A stretch of DNA of 31,427 nt, taken from NCBI GenBank assembly GCA_038748855.1, contig JBCDIP010000001.1, forward strand, positions 1-31,427. Direction: 5' to 3'. This DNA is from Pseudomonadota bacterium (lineage in GTDB: Bacteria; Pseudomonadota; Alphaproteobacteria; Rhizobiales; CAJQND01). This document shows, in pieces, positions 8,822 to 17,210 of the stretch. Within the stretch, counting starts at the first letter, position 1, and every line of letters begins with the position of its first letter. Position numbers and translations under genes: made by a program. The notes beneath the pieces are model-generated. The model had not been told where the DNA came from. It saw only the letters and a list, made by a program, of their open reading frames with translations, and did not search any database.

Positions 8822-9675
8822 GTACACCTCAAATCGAGCCCGTCACAGGGCGTTACATGAACACTGAGCTTTGGGGCACACGGCACCGGATCTATTGGGA
8901 AGAAGCCGGTGAAGGGATCCCGCTTGTGTGCCTGCACACCGCCGGCTCTGACGGACGTCAGTTCCGTGCCCTGATGAACGATAAGGACGTGACGAGCAAC
9001 TTCCGGGTCATCGCGTTCGACATGCCCTGGCATGGCAAATCGTCTCCTCCCGCCGGCTGGGAGAGCGAGACCTGTGAACTCACCACGGCCAAGTATCTCG
9101 ACCTTATCCTCACCGTCTGCTCGGCCTTGGAGTTGGACAGGCCGGTGGTCATGGGATGCTCCATTGGCGGGCGCATCGTTCTCCACCTGGCGCGCCAGCA
9201 CCCAGACGCCGCGCGCTGCGTGATCGGCCTGCAATCGGCGGGCATGGTCAACCCCTACTATGACATTGACTGGCTCTACCGGTCTGACGTCCATAGCGCT
9301 CACGTGTGTGCAGGCATGGTCTCTGGCCTCATCGCACCGACGGTGCCTGACGCGCACCGCTGGGAAACGCTCTGGCACTACATGCAATCGGGTCCGGGTA
9401 TCTTCAAAGGCGATCTCCACTTCTACACCGTGGAGGGCGATATCATGGACCATGTGGGCGAGATCGACACGTCCCGTTGCCCGATCTATATGCTCACAGG
9501 CGAGTATGATTTCAGCTGCTCGCCGGAAATGAGCCAGCGCACGGCTGAGGCGATAGACGGTGCGCAGCTCCAGATCATGGAGGGTTTGGGCCATTTCCCC
9601 ATGAGCGAGGATCCTGATGCGTTTAAGGGGTACTTGATGCCGGTGCTTGAGGACATCCGTCAGAACATCGGTTAA
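8818..9675 (+). CDS. Alpha/beta fold hydrolase
   Basis: LHTAG oxyanion region, DMPWHGKS, nucleophile elbow GCSIGG, LTGEYD and C-terminal GHFP. Start at ATG 8818 overlaps the upstream TGA. Confidence 0.9.
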   Translation: MSTPQIEPVTGRYMNTELWGTRHRIYWEEAGEGIPLVCLHTAGSDGRQFRALMNDKDVTSNFRVIAFDMPWHGKSSPPAGWESETCELTTAKYLDLILTVCSALELDRPVVMGCSIGGRIVLHLARQHPDAARCVIGLQSAGMVNPYYDIDWLYRSDVHSAHVCAGMVSGLIAPTVPDAHRWETLWHYMQSGPGIFKGDLHFYTVEGDIMDHVGEIDTSRCPIYMLTGEYDFSCSPEMSQRTAEAIDGAQLQIMEGLGHFPMSEDPDAFKGYLMPVLEDIRQNIG

Positions 9676-9677
9676 GC

Positions 9678-9768
9678 TCATCGTCATCCCCACGCAGGCG
9701 GGGATCCGGGTTGCCACCCGCAGAGATCTCGGCCTATGGATGCCCGCTTACGCGGGCATGACGGATGA
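9678..9768. repeat. REP family A doublet (GTCATSCCCGCGNANGCGGGSATCCA-type units, inverted pair)
   Basis: cgtcatccccacgcaggcggggatcc ... ggatgcccgcttacgcgggcatgacg. Similar units occur at 17083, 19299 and 20671. Confidence 0.8.
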
Positions 9769-9770
9769 TC

Positions 9771-9850
9771 CCGCGCCCTTGCGAACGCGAGGGCCCATAG
9801 CTCTCCCCGGTCCCTTGGCTGAGAAGGTCCTCGCTTTCGCAAGGACGCGG
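9771..9850 (+). repeat. 80-bp REP family B doublet (REPIN-like), copy 1
   Basis: CCGCGCCCTTGCG...CGCAAGGACGCGG termini with conserved core ATAGCT...CCCTTGGCTSAGAA; four copies in the window. Confidence 0.85.
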
Positions 9851-9883
9851 CCGAGTGCATCTTCCCGCGCGCAAACAGCCCCG

Positions 9884-10573
9884 CTAATTCCGCTTACGCT
9901 TCGCCCGCCGCACTCTCTTCTTGCGCTTTTTGGCCGAAGCAACGGTGGCGCGTGTGCCCGCCCGGGCCTGTCTGATAAGCGGCAGCGCGCGGATGCGGCT
10001 GCGCTCGCGCCGGTCATAAGCCTGGTTCAGTCGATTGCAGCGTAGGCGCTCATCTACCATGATCTGGGTAATCTTCAGCTTCGCGTTTTTGCATCCGTTC
10101 CTGCGAATATAGGCCCGCGCCTTCTTATCGATCCTGCGCGCGCAAGACAGAAAGATCGACTTGTGCCGGTTTTCGTGAGCCCGGATGTATCTGTCGAAGT
10201 TGGACCAAACGCGCCGAACAGACCGCGATTTCAGCGATGATTTGGCGATCCTTGGCAACCTTAGGGTGATCACTGCCCTGCTGGAGTAGCGGCACCCGTT
10301 CTTTCCCTTAGGCTTCAGAGTTTGCGAAATCTTGGCCTGAGTGGTCGCCATGGCCTTCCCGCCACGTGTAAGCCCGGGTCCGCGGCTCAAGATGCTTTGC
10401 AGAACCTGGCTTGGGGTCGACCCCCTAACCGTAAAGTAGATGGTTTTAGTGGAGACCTTTGGGGCGGCGGAGGCGCGCTCGAATGAGCCCAGAACCATGA
10501 GCGCCACCATAGAAAGCGCGCACACGAGTGGCCCAGCGCAACCACCAACTTTACCCACGCCCAAGCCCCTCAC
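9884..10573 (-). CDS. DUF922-family predicted secreted Zn-dependent protease
   Basis: Signal-peptide-like N-terminus ending in ASA; AHENRH (HExxH) motif; YFTVRG...QVL opening typical of DUF922. Start codon uncertain. Confidence 0.7.
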   Translation of the reverse strand: MRGLGVGKVGGCAGPLVCALSMVALMVLGSFERASAAPKVSTKTIYFTVRGSTPSQVLQSILSRGPGLTRGGKAMATTQAKISQTLKPKGKNGCRYSSRAVITLRLPRIAKSSLKSRSVRRVWSNFDRYIRAHENRHKSIFLSCARRIDKKARAYIRRNGCKNAKLKITQIMVDERLRCNRLNQAYDRRERSRIRALPLIRQARAGTRATVASAKKRKKRVRRAKRKRN

Positions 10574-10645
10574 ATCGCTCTTGGATCACATGGTGGCGAG
10601 TGTGCTCTAGCAGGTCGCAAGAAGCAACCGCCCACGCCATCACAA

Positions 10646-11893
10646 TCACGCAAACCGCTTGGGATCAAACGGCGCCACATCGAAGTTCGGTGCGCGGCCT
10701 TCGGCCATATCGGCAATGATCCGCCCGGTGATGCCGGCGAGCGTGAGGCCGATATGTTGATGGCCAAACGCAAACAGCGTGTTCGGCGCATGCGGCGAGG
10801 GCCCGATGGCCGGCAAGGCGTCCGGGAAGGTGGGGCGGAAGCCCAACCAATCCTCATCCGGTGTGCCAAGATCACCAAACATCTCTCGGGACTTGCGGGT
10901 AAGATAAGCAATCCGTCCGGGCGACTTGGGCTTGGCCAGTCCTGCAATCTCCACGGTCCCCGCCACCCGAAGGCCAGCGTTCATGGGGATGGCGTAGAAC
11001 CCAGCATCGGCCCAGCCCACGGGCCGGGAAATGAGATCGCCATGGGCCTTGTAGAGCACGTGGTGTCCGCGCTCTGTGTCGAGCGGCGTATGTTCTGCCC
11101 CTGAGCCTCTGACGCTCCTGGAGTGGGCCCCAGCGGCCACCACGAGCTTGCCGGCCCGCACCGTCGTGCCATCGGAGAGTTTAGCTGTCACGCCCTCTGC
11201 GTCGCCCTGGCTCTCGTTGACCGCTTGCTGCAGCCACACGCCGCCATCGGCCACGAAGCGCGCGTGCATGCGCTGCACCAGGGCTTCGGGGTTCCGCACA
11301 TGGCGGGCGCCCCGATAGAGCAGGCCCTTGTGGATGGGCATTTTTAAGGCCGGTTCCAGTGCGTTAATCTCTCCTGCGTCGAGCAGATCGAACACCACCC
11401 CGTTGCGCCGCCGTGCTTTGTTTGAGGCTTTGGCACCCTCATACCCCTTCTCAGTAGACCACACATAGAGGCAGTCGTTGGAGACCACCAGATCTTGTGC
11501 ACCGGCCGCTTCGATCAAGGGGTCGAGACCGGCATCGGCATGGCTCAGCAGGTTGCCCAGATGATCGGTGATCTCAGAGACCCGGCCCGCGTTGCAGTTC
11601 CTGAGGAACGACAGCATCCACGGCATGTTCTTCAGCGCATAGGTCCAGTCAAAGCCCAGAGGGCTCTCCTTGGAAAACAGATAGAACGGCAACCCGCTGA
11701 CGATGGAGGGGCTGTTCACTGGCACGCAGGCGTACGTGGCAATGGTGCCCGCATTGCCGTAGGACGCGCCGGAGCCCGGCGGATTGGCATCGGCCAGCGC
11801 CACCTTGGCCCCGCGCATCTGGGCCCACAGAGCGCACGAGACGCCCACAATGCCGGCACCGGCAACCAGGATATCGTAATCCCACTCTGGCAT
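10646..11893 (-). CDS. FAD-dependent D-amino acid dehydrogenase/oxidase (DadA family)
   Basis: GAGIVG Rossmann motif, ASYGNAG, ERGHH, RVAGTVE, WLGFRPTFPD and FGHQHIGLT. Confidence 0.9.
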   Translation of the reverse strand: MPEWDYDILVAGAGIVGVSCALWAQMRGAKVALADANPPGSGASYGNAGTIATYACVPVNSPSIVSGLPFYLFSKESPLGFDWTYALKNMPWMLSFLRNCNAGRVSEITDHLGNLLSHADAGLDPLIEAAGAQDLVVSNDCLYVWSTEKGYEGAKASNKARRRNGVVFDLLDAGEINALEPALKMPIHKGLLYRGARHVRNPEALVQRMHARFVADGGVWLQQAVNESQGDAEGVTAKLSDGTTVRAGKLVVAAGAHSRSVRGSGAEHTPLDTERGHHVLYKAHGDLISRPVGWADAGFYAIPMNAGLRVAGTVEIAGLAKPKSPGRIAYLTRKSREMFGDLGTPDEDWLGFRPTFPDALPAIGPSPHAPNTLFAFGHQHIGLTLAGITGRIIADMAEGRAPNFDVAPFDPKRFA

Positions 11894-11954
11894 GGTTGTA
11901 GAGCCCCTGTTGCTATAGTCTCGTGAAGTCCTACCCTATGAGCGAGCCCCGGTC

Positions 11955-12710
11955 ATGAGACTTTCCAGGATCAGTTTCAACGTGCGCAACGCCGCAGGGC
12001 AGGCGGGCTTCTACACCTCGCTCCTCGGCATGCAGCAGCTGGGCGAGGGCGCAAGCCCTGCGTTCGGCTACCACCGGGACCAAGCCCTGCTGGAGTTTCA
12101 CGAGAGCGAACGCGAAGCGTATGAGCCCGCGGGAGATGACCTCTACTGGAAGATTGGGATCACCCTGCAAAACCTTGATAGTGCAGTGGAATATCTCACT
12201 GGGCAAGGCTGGTCCATAAGTGCGCCGCGTCAGTTTCGCGACATTGGCTACATGTGCCACCTCACTGATCCGGAGGGCTTTCACATTGAGCTTTTGCAAC
12301 AGGGCTTTGAGGGCAATCATGGGCCGGCCCCCACGTCTGGCCACCCCATCGGCGCCCAAGCCATCCTGGCCCACTTGACCTTGCGGGTCACCAATTTAGA
12401 TGCGGCCCAAAGGGCCTTCGGCGGCGAGATGAACATGCGCGTCATGTCCGTGCAGCCTGTCCCGGAGCGCAGCTTTTGTCTCTACTTTTATGGCTGGAGC
12501 GATGTGCCGTTGCCTCAGCCCGAGCTAGAAGCAGTGGGCAACCGGGAATGGCTTTGGGCCCGGCCGTTCACGCTCCTGGAGCTGCAACATCTGGAGGCCG
12601 CATCCAGCGTGAGCGCACCTCGCCCGGGTCAGGCCGGGTTTGCCGGCTTTGCGTATGGGGACGATGAGCTCACCCATTTGTCAGCAGACCAGCTCTCCCA
12701 AATCCTTTAA
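11955..12710 (+). CDS. VOC/glyoxalase family protein
   Basis: Repeated beta-alpha-beta-beta-beta modules: ISFNV..FY..LLGM, IGITL...DPEGFHIELL and HLTLRV...FCLYFY...LLELQH. Confidence 0.8.
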   Translation: MRLSRISFNVRNAAGQAGFYTSLLGMQQLGEGASPAFGYHRDQALLEFHESEREAYEPAGDDLYWKIGITLQNLDSAVEYLTGQGWSISAPRQFRDIGYMCHLTDPEGFHIELLQQGFEGNHGPAPTSGHPIGAQAILAHLTLRVTNLDAAQRAFGGEMNMRVMSVQPVPERSFCLYFYGWSDVPLPQPELEAVGNREWLWARPFTLLELQHLEAASSVSAPRPGQAGFAGFAYGDDELTHLSADQLSQIL

Positions 12711-12754
12711 GCGATGAGCTTCCTCTTCACACCAACACGAGGGCACGAAACCCC

Positions 12755-13471
12755 ATGAGCCTCAGCGATATCAAAGCCCTGACCTTTGACACAGGCGGCA
12801 CCATCTTGGACTGGCACACCGGCTTCCGCACCGCTCTGGCCGCAGCGGGCGCGCGTCACGGGCTTGAGAAGGACTGGGCGGGCCTTGCCAACGAGCTGCG
12901 TCGTCGCTCGCTGAAAGCCATGCTCAATCTGGGTGAACATGAGCCGCCGGCTTACAATTTCGACGACGCGCATCGGTTCACCCTGGAAGAGTTGGTCAAA
13001 GAGAACGGACTGGAGGTGTTCACCGAGGAGGACATTCACGCGATTGCCTATGAGGCGGTGCACCGGTTTGAGTGCTGGCCCGATTTCCCGGACGTGCTGC
13101 CCCGCCTGCGAGCCAAGTACGCCACGTGCTCGTTCACCATCCTCAGCTACCGGATCATCATCGACACGGCCAAGCACAATGGCCTCTCTTGGGACGCGGT
13201 GTTCTCGTGCGAGGGGATCGGTAAATACAAGCTCTTGCCTGAATCCTACCAGACCGTCGCGGACTACCTTCAGCTTGATGTGAGCCAATGCTGCATGGTG
13301 GCCTGCCACAATTTCGATCTGGATGCCGCCAGGGCGGTTGGCTTCAAGACGGCACTTGTGCGCCGGCCCGCTGAATGGGGCCACGAGACGCCGCCGGATT
13401 CAGAGCCGAACCCGGCGAACGACATCATCGTGGACAGCTTTCCTGAGCTGGCTGAGGCCTTGGGGGCTTAG
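12755..13471 (+). CDS. HAD-family hydrolase, haloacid dehalogenase type II-like
   Basis: ALTFDTGGTILDW motif I, YKLLPESY motif III, MVACHNFDL..A..VG motif IV. Confidence 0.85.
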   Translation: MSLSDIKALTFDTGGTILDWHTGFRTALAAAGARHGLEKDWAGLANELRRRSLKAMLNLGEHEPPAYNFDDAHRFTLEELVKENGLEVFTEEDIHAIAYEAVHRFECWPDFPDVLPRLRAKYATCSFTILSYRIIIDTAKHNGLSWDAVFSCEGIGKYKLLPESYQTVADYLQLDVSQCCMVACHNFDLDAARAVGFKTALVRRPAEWGHETPPDSEPNPANDIIVDSFPELAEALGA

Positions 13472-13551
13472 CTGCGCCCTTGCGTACGCGAGGGCCCATA
13501 GCTCGCACCTTACCCTTGGCTCAGAAGGTCCCTGCTTTCGCAGGGATGCGG
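13472..13551 (+). repeat. 80-bp REP family B doublet, copy 2
   Basis: Aligns end to end with 9771-9850; lies between convergent genes. Confidence 0.85.
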
Positions 13552-13563
13552 ACAGGTGCAGCG

Positions 13564-13917
13564 CTAATCCAGCGCAGCAATCACACCGATCTCAACGGTA
13601 AACTGCGGGGCGGCCAGCTTGCTCTCCACGCAAGCCCGCGCAGGCGTGTTACCGGGCGACACCCAAGCATCCCAAACCGCATTCATCTCCGCAAAATCAC
13701 CAATGTCGGCAAGCCAAATCGTGGCCGACAGCAGCTTCGTCTTGTCCGACCCGGCCTCGCCAAGCAGCCGGTCGATGGCCGCCAGAATGTCTTTGGTCTG
13801 ATCGGTCACGCTGTCCCCGGGAGCGTTCTGGGCCACCTGGCCTGCGGTGTAAACGGTGTTACCATGCACCACGCATTGGCTCATGCGATCTCCGACGTCG
13901 ATCCGTTTGATGCTCAT
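13564..13917 (-). CDS. RidA/YjgF/YER057c family imine deaminase
   Basis: Start at ATG 13917 (MSIKRI). VHGNTVYTAGQVA, IWLADIGDFAEMNAVWDAW and PARACVE (catalytic Arg retained), VEIGVIAA. Confidence 0.93.
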   Translation of the reverse strand: MSIKRIDVGDRMSQCVVHGNTVYTAGQVAQNAPGDSVTDQTKDILAAIDRLLGEAGSDKTKLLSATIWLADIGDFAEMNAVWDAWVSPGNTPARACVESKLAAPQFTVEIGVIAALD

Positions 13918-14041
13918 CTGAAGTCTTCCTGTTCTTGCATATTGAGAGTGCGGCGACGTTAGCCGGTGAGCCCCGACGCCGCAACGCCCGCAGAGAAGAT
14001 TGGCACGTGATTTTGCGGCGAACCCATGCCAGCATGCCGTC

Positions 14042-15088
14042 ATGTTAGAGACCGATCACCGCTTCCCCGCCGCTGGCCTCACGCGCTTCGCTGATCGCTT
14101 CCTCACCGCCATGGGTTGCGGGCCGGACGTCGCCGCGGAGGTTGCAGAACACCTGGTGGACGCCGACCTTTGCGGTGTCTATTCGCATGGCCTGTTCCGT
14201 CTCAGCCAATATGCGGACGAGGCTAAACGCGGACGCTTTAAGCCAGAGCGCGCGCCAACACTGACGCGCGCAGAAGGCGGCGCCCCGCTGGTTTTGGGCC
14301 AGGGCGGCTTCGGCATTCCGGCCATGCGCTTGGCAGCCGACGAAGCGGTGCGCCAGGCCCACAAGCAAGGTACCGGGACCGTCGGCGTTGCAGGCATCCA
14401 CCACACGGGCCGGTTGGGTGCCTTTGCCGAGGGCGCCGCGCGCGAAGGTTGCCTCGCCATCATTTTCGGCGGCGGTGCCCGGCACGATTGGCCGCAAGTG
14501 GCGCCCTATGGCGGGACCAAGGGCCGGTTGCCCACCAACCCTTACGCGTTCGGCATACCGGGCGGCAGCAAAGGTCCGGTGGTGCTCGACTTCGCCACGG
14601 CCGCCGGGGCAGGGGGCAAGGTCTACGCGGCCCGCGCTGCGGAACGGGCATTGCCGGAGGGCTTGTGCATTGATGCAGACGGCCGGCCCACCACCGATCC
14701 GGAGGACTATTTTTCCGGCGGCGCGCTGCTGCCTATGGCGGGGCCCAAGGGATACGGCCTGGCGCTGGTGGCCGAACTTCTGGGCGAGGCGGTGTTTGGC
14801 GAAATGATGGACGGTCTCAACTGGATCTGCGTGTGCATCGATCTCAAGCGCTTCCGCAATCAGGAGCGCTACGCGGCTGCCGCCGAAGAGTGTCTGTCCT
14901 CGCTGCGCACCTGTCCGCCCGCCCCTGGGTTTGCCCAGGTTGAGGTGCCCGGCGAGCGCGAGGCGGCGCTGCGCGCCGAACGCCTGAAGACGGGTGTGCC
15001 GCTTAGCCCTGGCGCGGTCGCGGAGCTGCGCGAGGCCGCTGCCGCTCTGGGAGTGGACGCAAGCGAGCTGGCTAGCCCCGCCCGATAA
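14042..15088 (+). CDS. Ldh_2 family oxidoreductase (type-2 malate/L-lactate dehydrogenase; DpkA/AllD/ComC-like)
   Basis: [20 protein letters not shown]-like PTNP, VLDFAT, GPKGYGL and PGERE. Start placed at ATG 14042. Confidence 0.88.
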   Translation: MLETDHRFPAAGLTRFADRFLTAMGCGPDVAAEVAEHLVDADLCGVYSHGLFRLSQYADEAKRGRFKPERAPTLTRAEGGAPLVLGQGGFGIPAMRLAADEAVRQAHKQGTGTVGVAGIHHTGRLGAFAEGAAREGCLAIIFGGGARHDWPQVAPYGGTKGRLPTNPYAFGIPGGSKGPVVLDFATAAGAGGKVYAARAAERALPEGLCIDADGRPTTDPEDYFSGGALLPMAGPKGYGLALVAELLGEAVFGEMMDGLNWICVCIDLKRFRNQERYAAAAEECLSSLRTCPPAPGFAQVEVPGEREAALRAERLKTGVPLSPGAVAELREAAAALGVDASELASPAR

Positions 15089-15830
15089 AGGGCATCTTGG
15101 TGGCCATGATGGTCATGAACTGCACGTTGGTGGAAAGCGGCAGATTGGCCATGTTCAACACCGCATCGCCCACCTCATCAGCGCCCATGCGCGGTTCAGC
15201 GGCAATGGAGCCATCAGCCTGGGGCACACCCTCAACCATGCGCTCGGTCATAGGTGTTGCCGCATTGCCGATGTCGATCTGCCCGCAGGCAATGTCGAAC
15301 GGCCGCCCGTCCAGCGAGATGGTGCGGGTGAGGCCGGTGATGGCATGCTTGGTGGCGGTGTAGGCGGCAGAGCCCGGCCTCGGCACTTGCGAGGAAATCG
15401 AACCGTTATTGATGATCCGTCCGCCTTGGGGGTCTTGCGCCCGCATCATGGCAAAGGCTTCGCGTGCACACAGGAAGGAGCCGGTGAGGTTCACATCCAC
15501 GACCATCTGCCATTGTTCCGGCGTCATCTCGTCAATGGTGAGCGGCGGCGTTCCCGCGCCTGCATTGTTGAAGAGCACGTCAACCCGGCCGAACTTCTCC
15601 TTCGTGGCTTTGAAGAGCTCGGCCACTGCGGCCGCATCGCCCACATCGCAGGTGTGGATCAGCACTTTGTCTTCGCTTGCGCCGGCCAGTGCGGCCGTCT
15701 CTTCCAGCGGCTCCTTGCGGCGGCCTGTGAGCACCACGCTGTAGCCGTCTTTGAGAAATGCTTCCGCTGTGGCCCGTCCAACCCCTGTGCCCGCGCCTGT
15801 GACCACTGCAACTTTGCCTTCGTTCGACAT
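15072..15830 (-). CDS. Short-chain dehydrogenase/reductase (SDR)
   Basis: [12 protein letters not shown] and YTATK (YxxxK) motifs. Confidence 0.93.
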   Translation of the reverse strand: MSNEGKVAVVTGAGTGVGRATAEAFLKDGYSVVLTGRRKEPLEETAALAGASEDKVLIHTCDVGDAAAVAELFKATKEKFGRVDVLFNNAGAGTPPLTIDEMTPEQWQMVVDVNLTGSFLCAREAFAMMRAQDPQGGRIINNGSISSQVPRPGSAAYTATKHAITGLTRTISLDGRPFDIACGQIDIGNAATPMTERMVEGVPQADGSIAAEPRMGADEVGDAVLNMANLPLSTNVQFMTIMATKMPFIGRG

Positions 15831-15860
15831 GAACCTGTCTCTTTCCCTTTTTATGATGAG

Positions 15861-16817
15861 TTATACCGGGCTGGGGCGCCCGCGCTTTAATAGGCTGTTT
15901 TTGCTGTTCATCTCAAGCAGAGCCCGTGTCGCGACGGCAAGAATAACCAAGGTTCCGCCCGCCAAGGCCCATTGGGTCGGTGTTTCCCGCACGACAAGCC
16001 ATACCCAAAACGGGCTTATGGCAAACTCCAGCAACATAAACAATGTGAGCTCGCCGGCCACCAAATGGCGTGATGCGACGATGAACATGCAGTTGCCGAT
16101 GCCCGATAAAACGCCGCCCCAAAGGATGCACAGTCCAATGTCCCACCAGGAGATATCTAGGTCGTCATATCGAAGGGCGGCGGAGATGATCACGATGAAG
16201 ATGGCCGAGAGGATCAACGCCGGCACCATGTCCACATGTCGATTGCGCCGCACGATCACGGCAAATGCCGAAAAACCGAGCGCGGTCACCAACGCCATCA
16301 CGTTGCCGAACACCGACCCGAGCCCGATGCCGTCCGCCACCATCAGGGCAACGCCAAGGGCCGCTGCACACATGGTGATCACGGTCAGCATGCTCAGATG
16401 TTCGCGCAGGAACGCCCAGGCGAGCGCGGCGGTGAGGAACGGAATTGCGGCCAGCGTAAACATGGTGTTGGCCACCGTTGTGTGCGCCAGCGCCTGCATG
16501 AAGGCGATGCCGGCCACCGTGAGGCACAGGCTGGCCAACACGCCGCCCCATCCCACTTTGCGAAAGTCCTGCACCGATTGTCCGCGGTGATTGTAAAGGA
16601 ACACCAGGCTGAACGTGAAGAACACCGACAATGAGCGATAGAAGTTGATTTGGTTGGGGTCTGCGTCTTCAAACAGGCGCGAAAGCAGCCCGCCGAAGCT
16701 GATCAGCACCGAGCTCACGATCATGAGCATCATGGCAAATCCGCGCCGGGCCGGCGCTTCCCGAGGTGCCGGCGGCGGAATGCGCATGCCGGCGGCATAG
16801 ACCACGGATTGAACCAT
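15861..16817 (-). CDS. EamA/DMT family transporter
   Basis: About ten hydrophobic segments in two repeats; FLRE and VVRE..T loop motifs. Start uncertain (16817 or 16787). Confidence 0.85.
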   Translation of the reverse strand: MVQSVVYAAGMRIPPPAPREAPARRGFAMMLMIVSSVLISFGGLLSRLFEDADPNQINFYRSLSVFFTFSLVFLYNHRGQSVQDFRKVGWGGVLASLCLTVAGIAFMQALAHTTVANTMFTLAAIPFLTAALAWAFLREHLSMLTVITMCAAALGVALMVADGIGLGSVFGNVMALVTALGFSAFAVIVRRNRHVDMVPALILSAIFIVIISAALRYDDLDISWWDIGLCILWGGVLSGIGNCMFIVASRHLVAGELTLFMLLEFAISPFWVWLVVRETPTQWALAGGTLVILAVATRALLEMNSKNSLLKRGRPSPV

Positions 16818-16927
16818 GAGGTGAGTGTGCCCTTAGAAGACAAGCGAGTAGAGGCGAGCTTATCGCCGCGCAACCGCAGCGGGCAAGCGCTTTGTCTTTG
16901 GGGCGTAAGTGAGCGGAAGAGCGAAAC

Positions 16928-17007
16928 CCACGCCCCTGCGAAAGCGGGGGCCTTCTGAGCCAAGGGGTCAGTGCCAGCTATGGGCCCTCGCGTGCGCAAG
17001 GGCGCGG
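16928..17007 (-). repeat. 80-bp REP family B doublet, copy 3
   Basis: Reverse complement aligns end to end with copies 1 and 2. Confidence 0.85.
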
Positions 17008-17037
17008 TCTACAACCCTCATCCCCGCATCGCTCCTC

Positions 17038-17166
17038 TCCGTCACCCCGCCATCGTCCTCCGCCATCTCCGCTTTCCTACTTCGTCATGCCCGCGAAAGC
17101 GGGGACCCAGAGCCGCAACCCCTGGGCCCCGGATACTTTGCTCGCGCATGATTCCAGGGTGATGGA
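17038..17166. repeat. Degenerate REP family A cluster
   Basis: Intact unit cgtcatgcccgcgaaagcggggaccca at 17083-17109, enclosed by the imperfect inverted repeat tccgtcaccc / gggtgatgga. Confidence 0.6.
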
Positions 17167-17210
17167 GGATGAAAGATGACGCCGCCGCCGATACCCGCTA
17201 GGCTCGGCTC

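Noticed and set aside
14001-14016. Sigma54-like TGGCACGTGATTTTGC upstream of Ldh_2
   Set aside because: GG-to-GC spacing is 11 nt rather than the strictly required 10. The 4133-4148 palindrome fails likewise with 9 nt.
13480-16999. ORFs beginning MRTRGPIA... (13480, 16730) and related ORFs at 9647 and 19141
   Set aside because: The shared peptide is just the translation of the 80-bp repeat; these are not paralogous genes.
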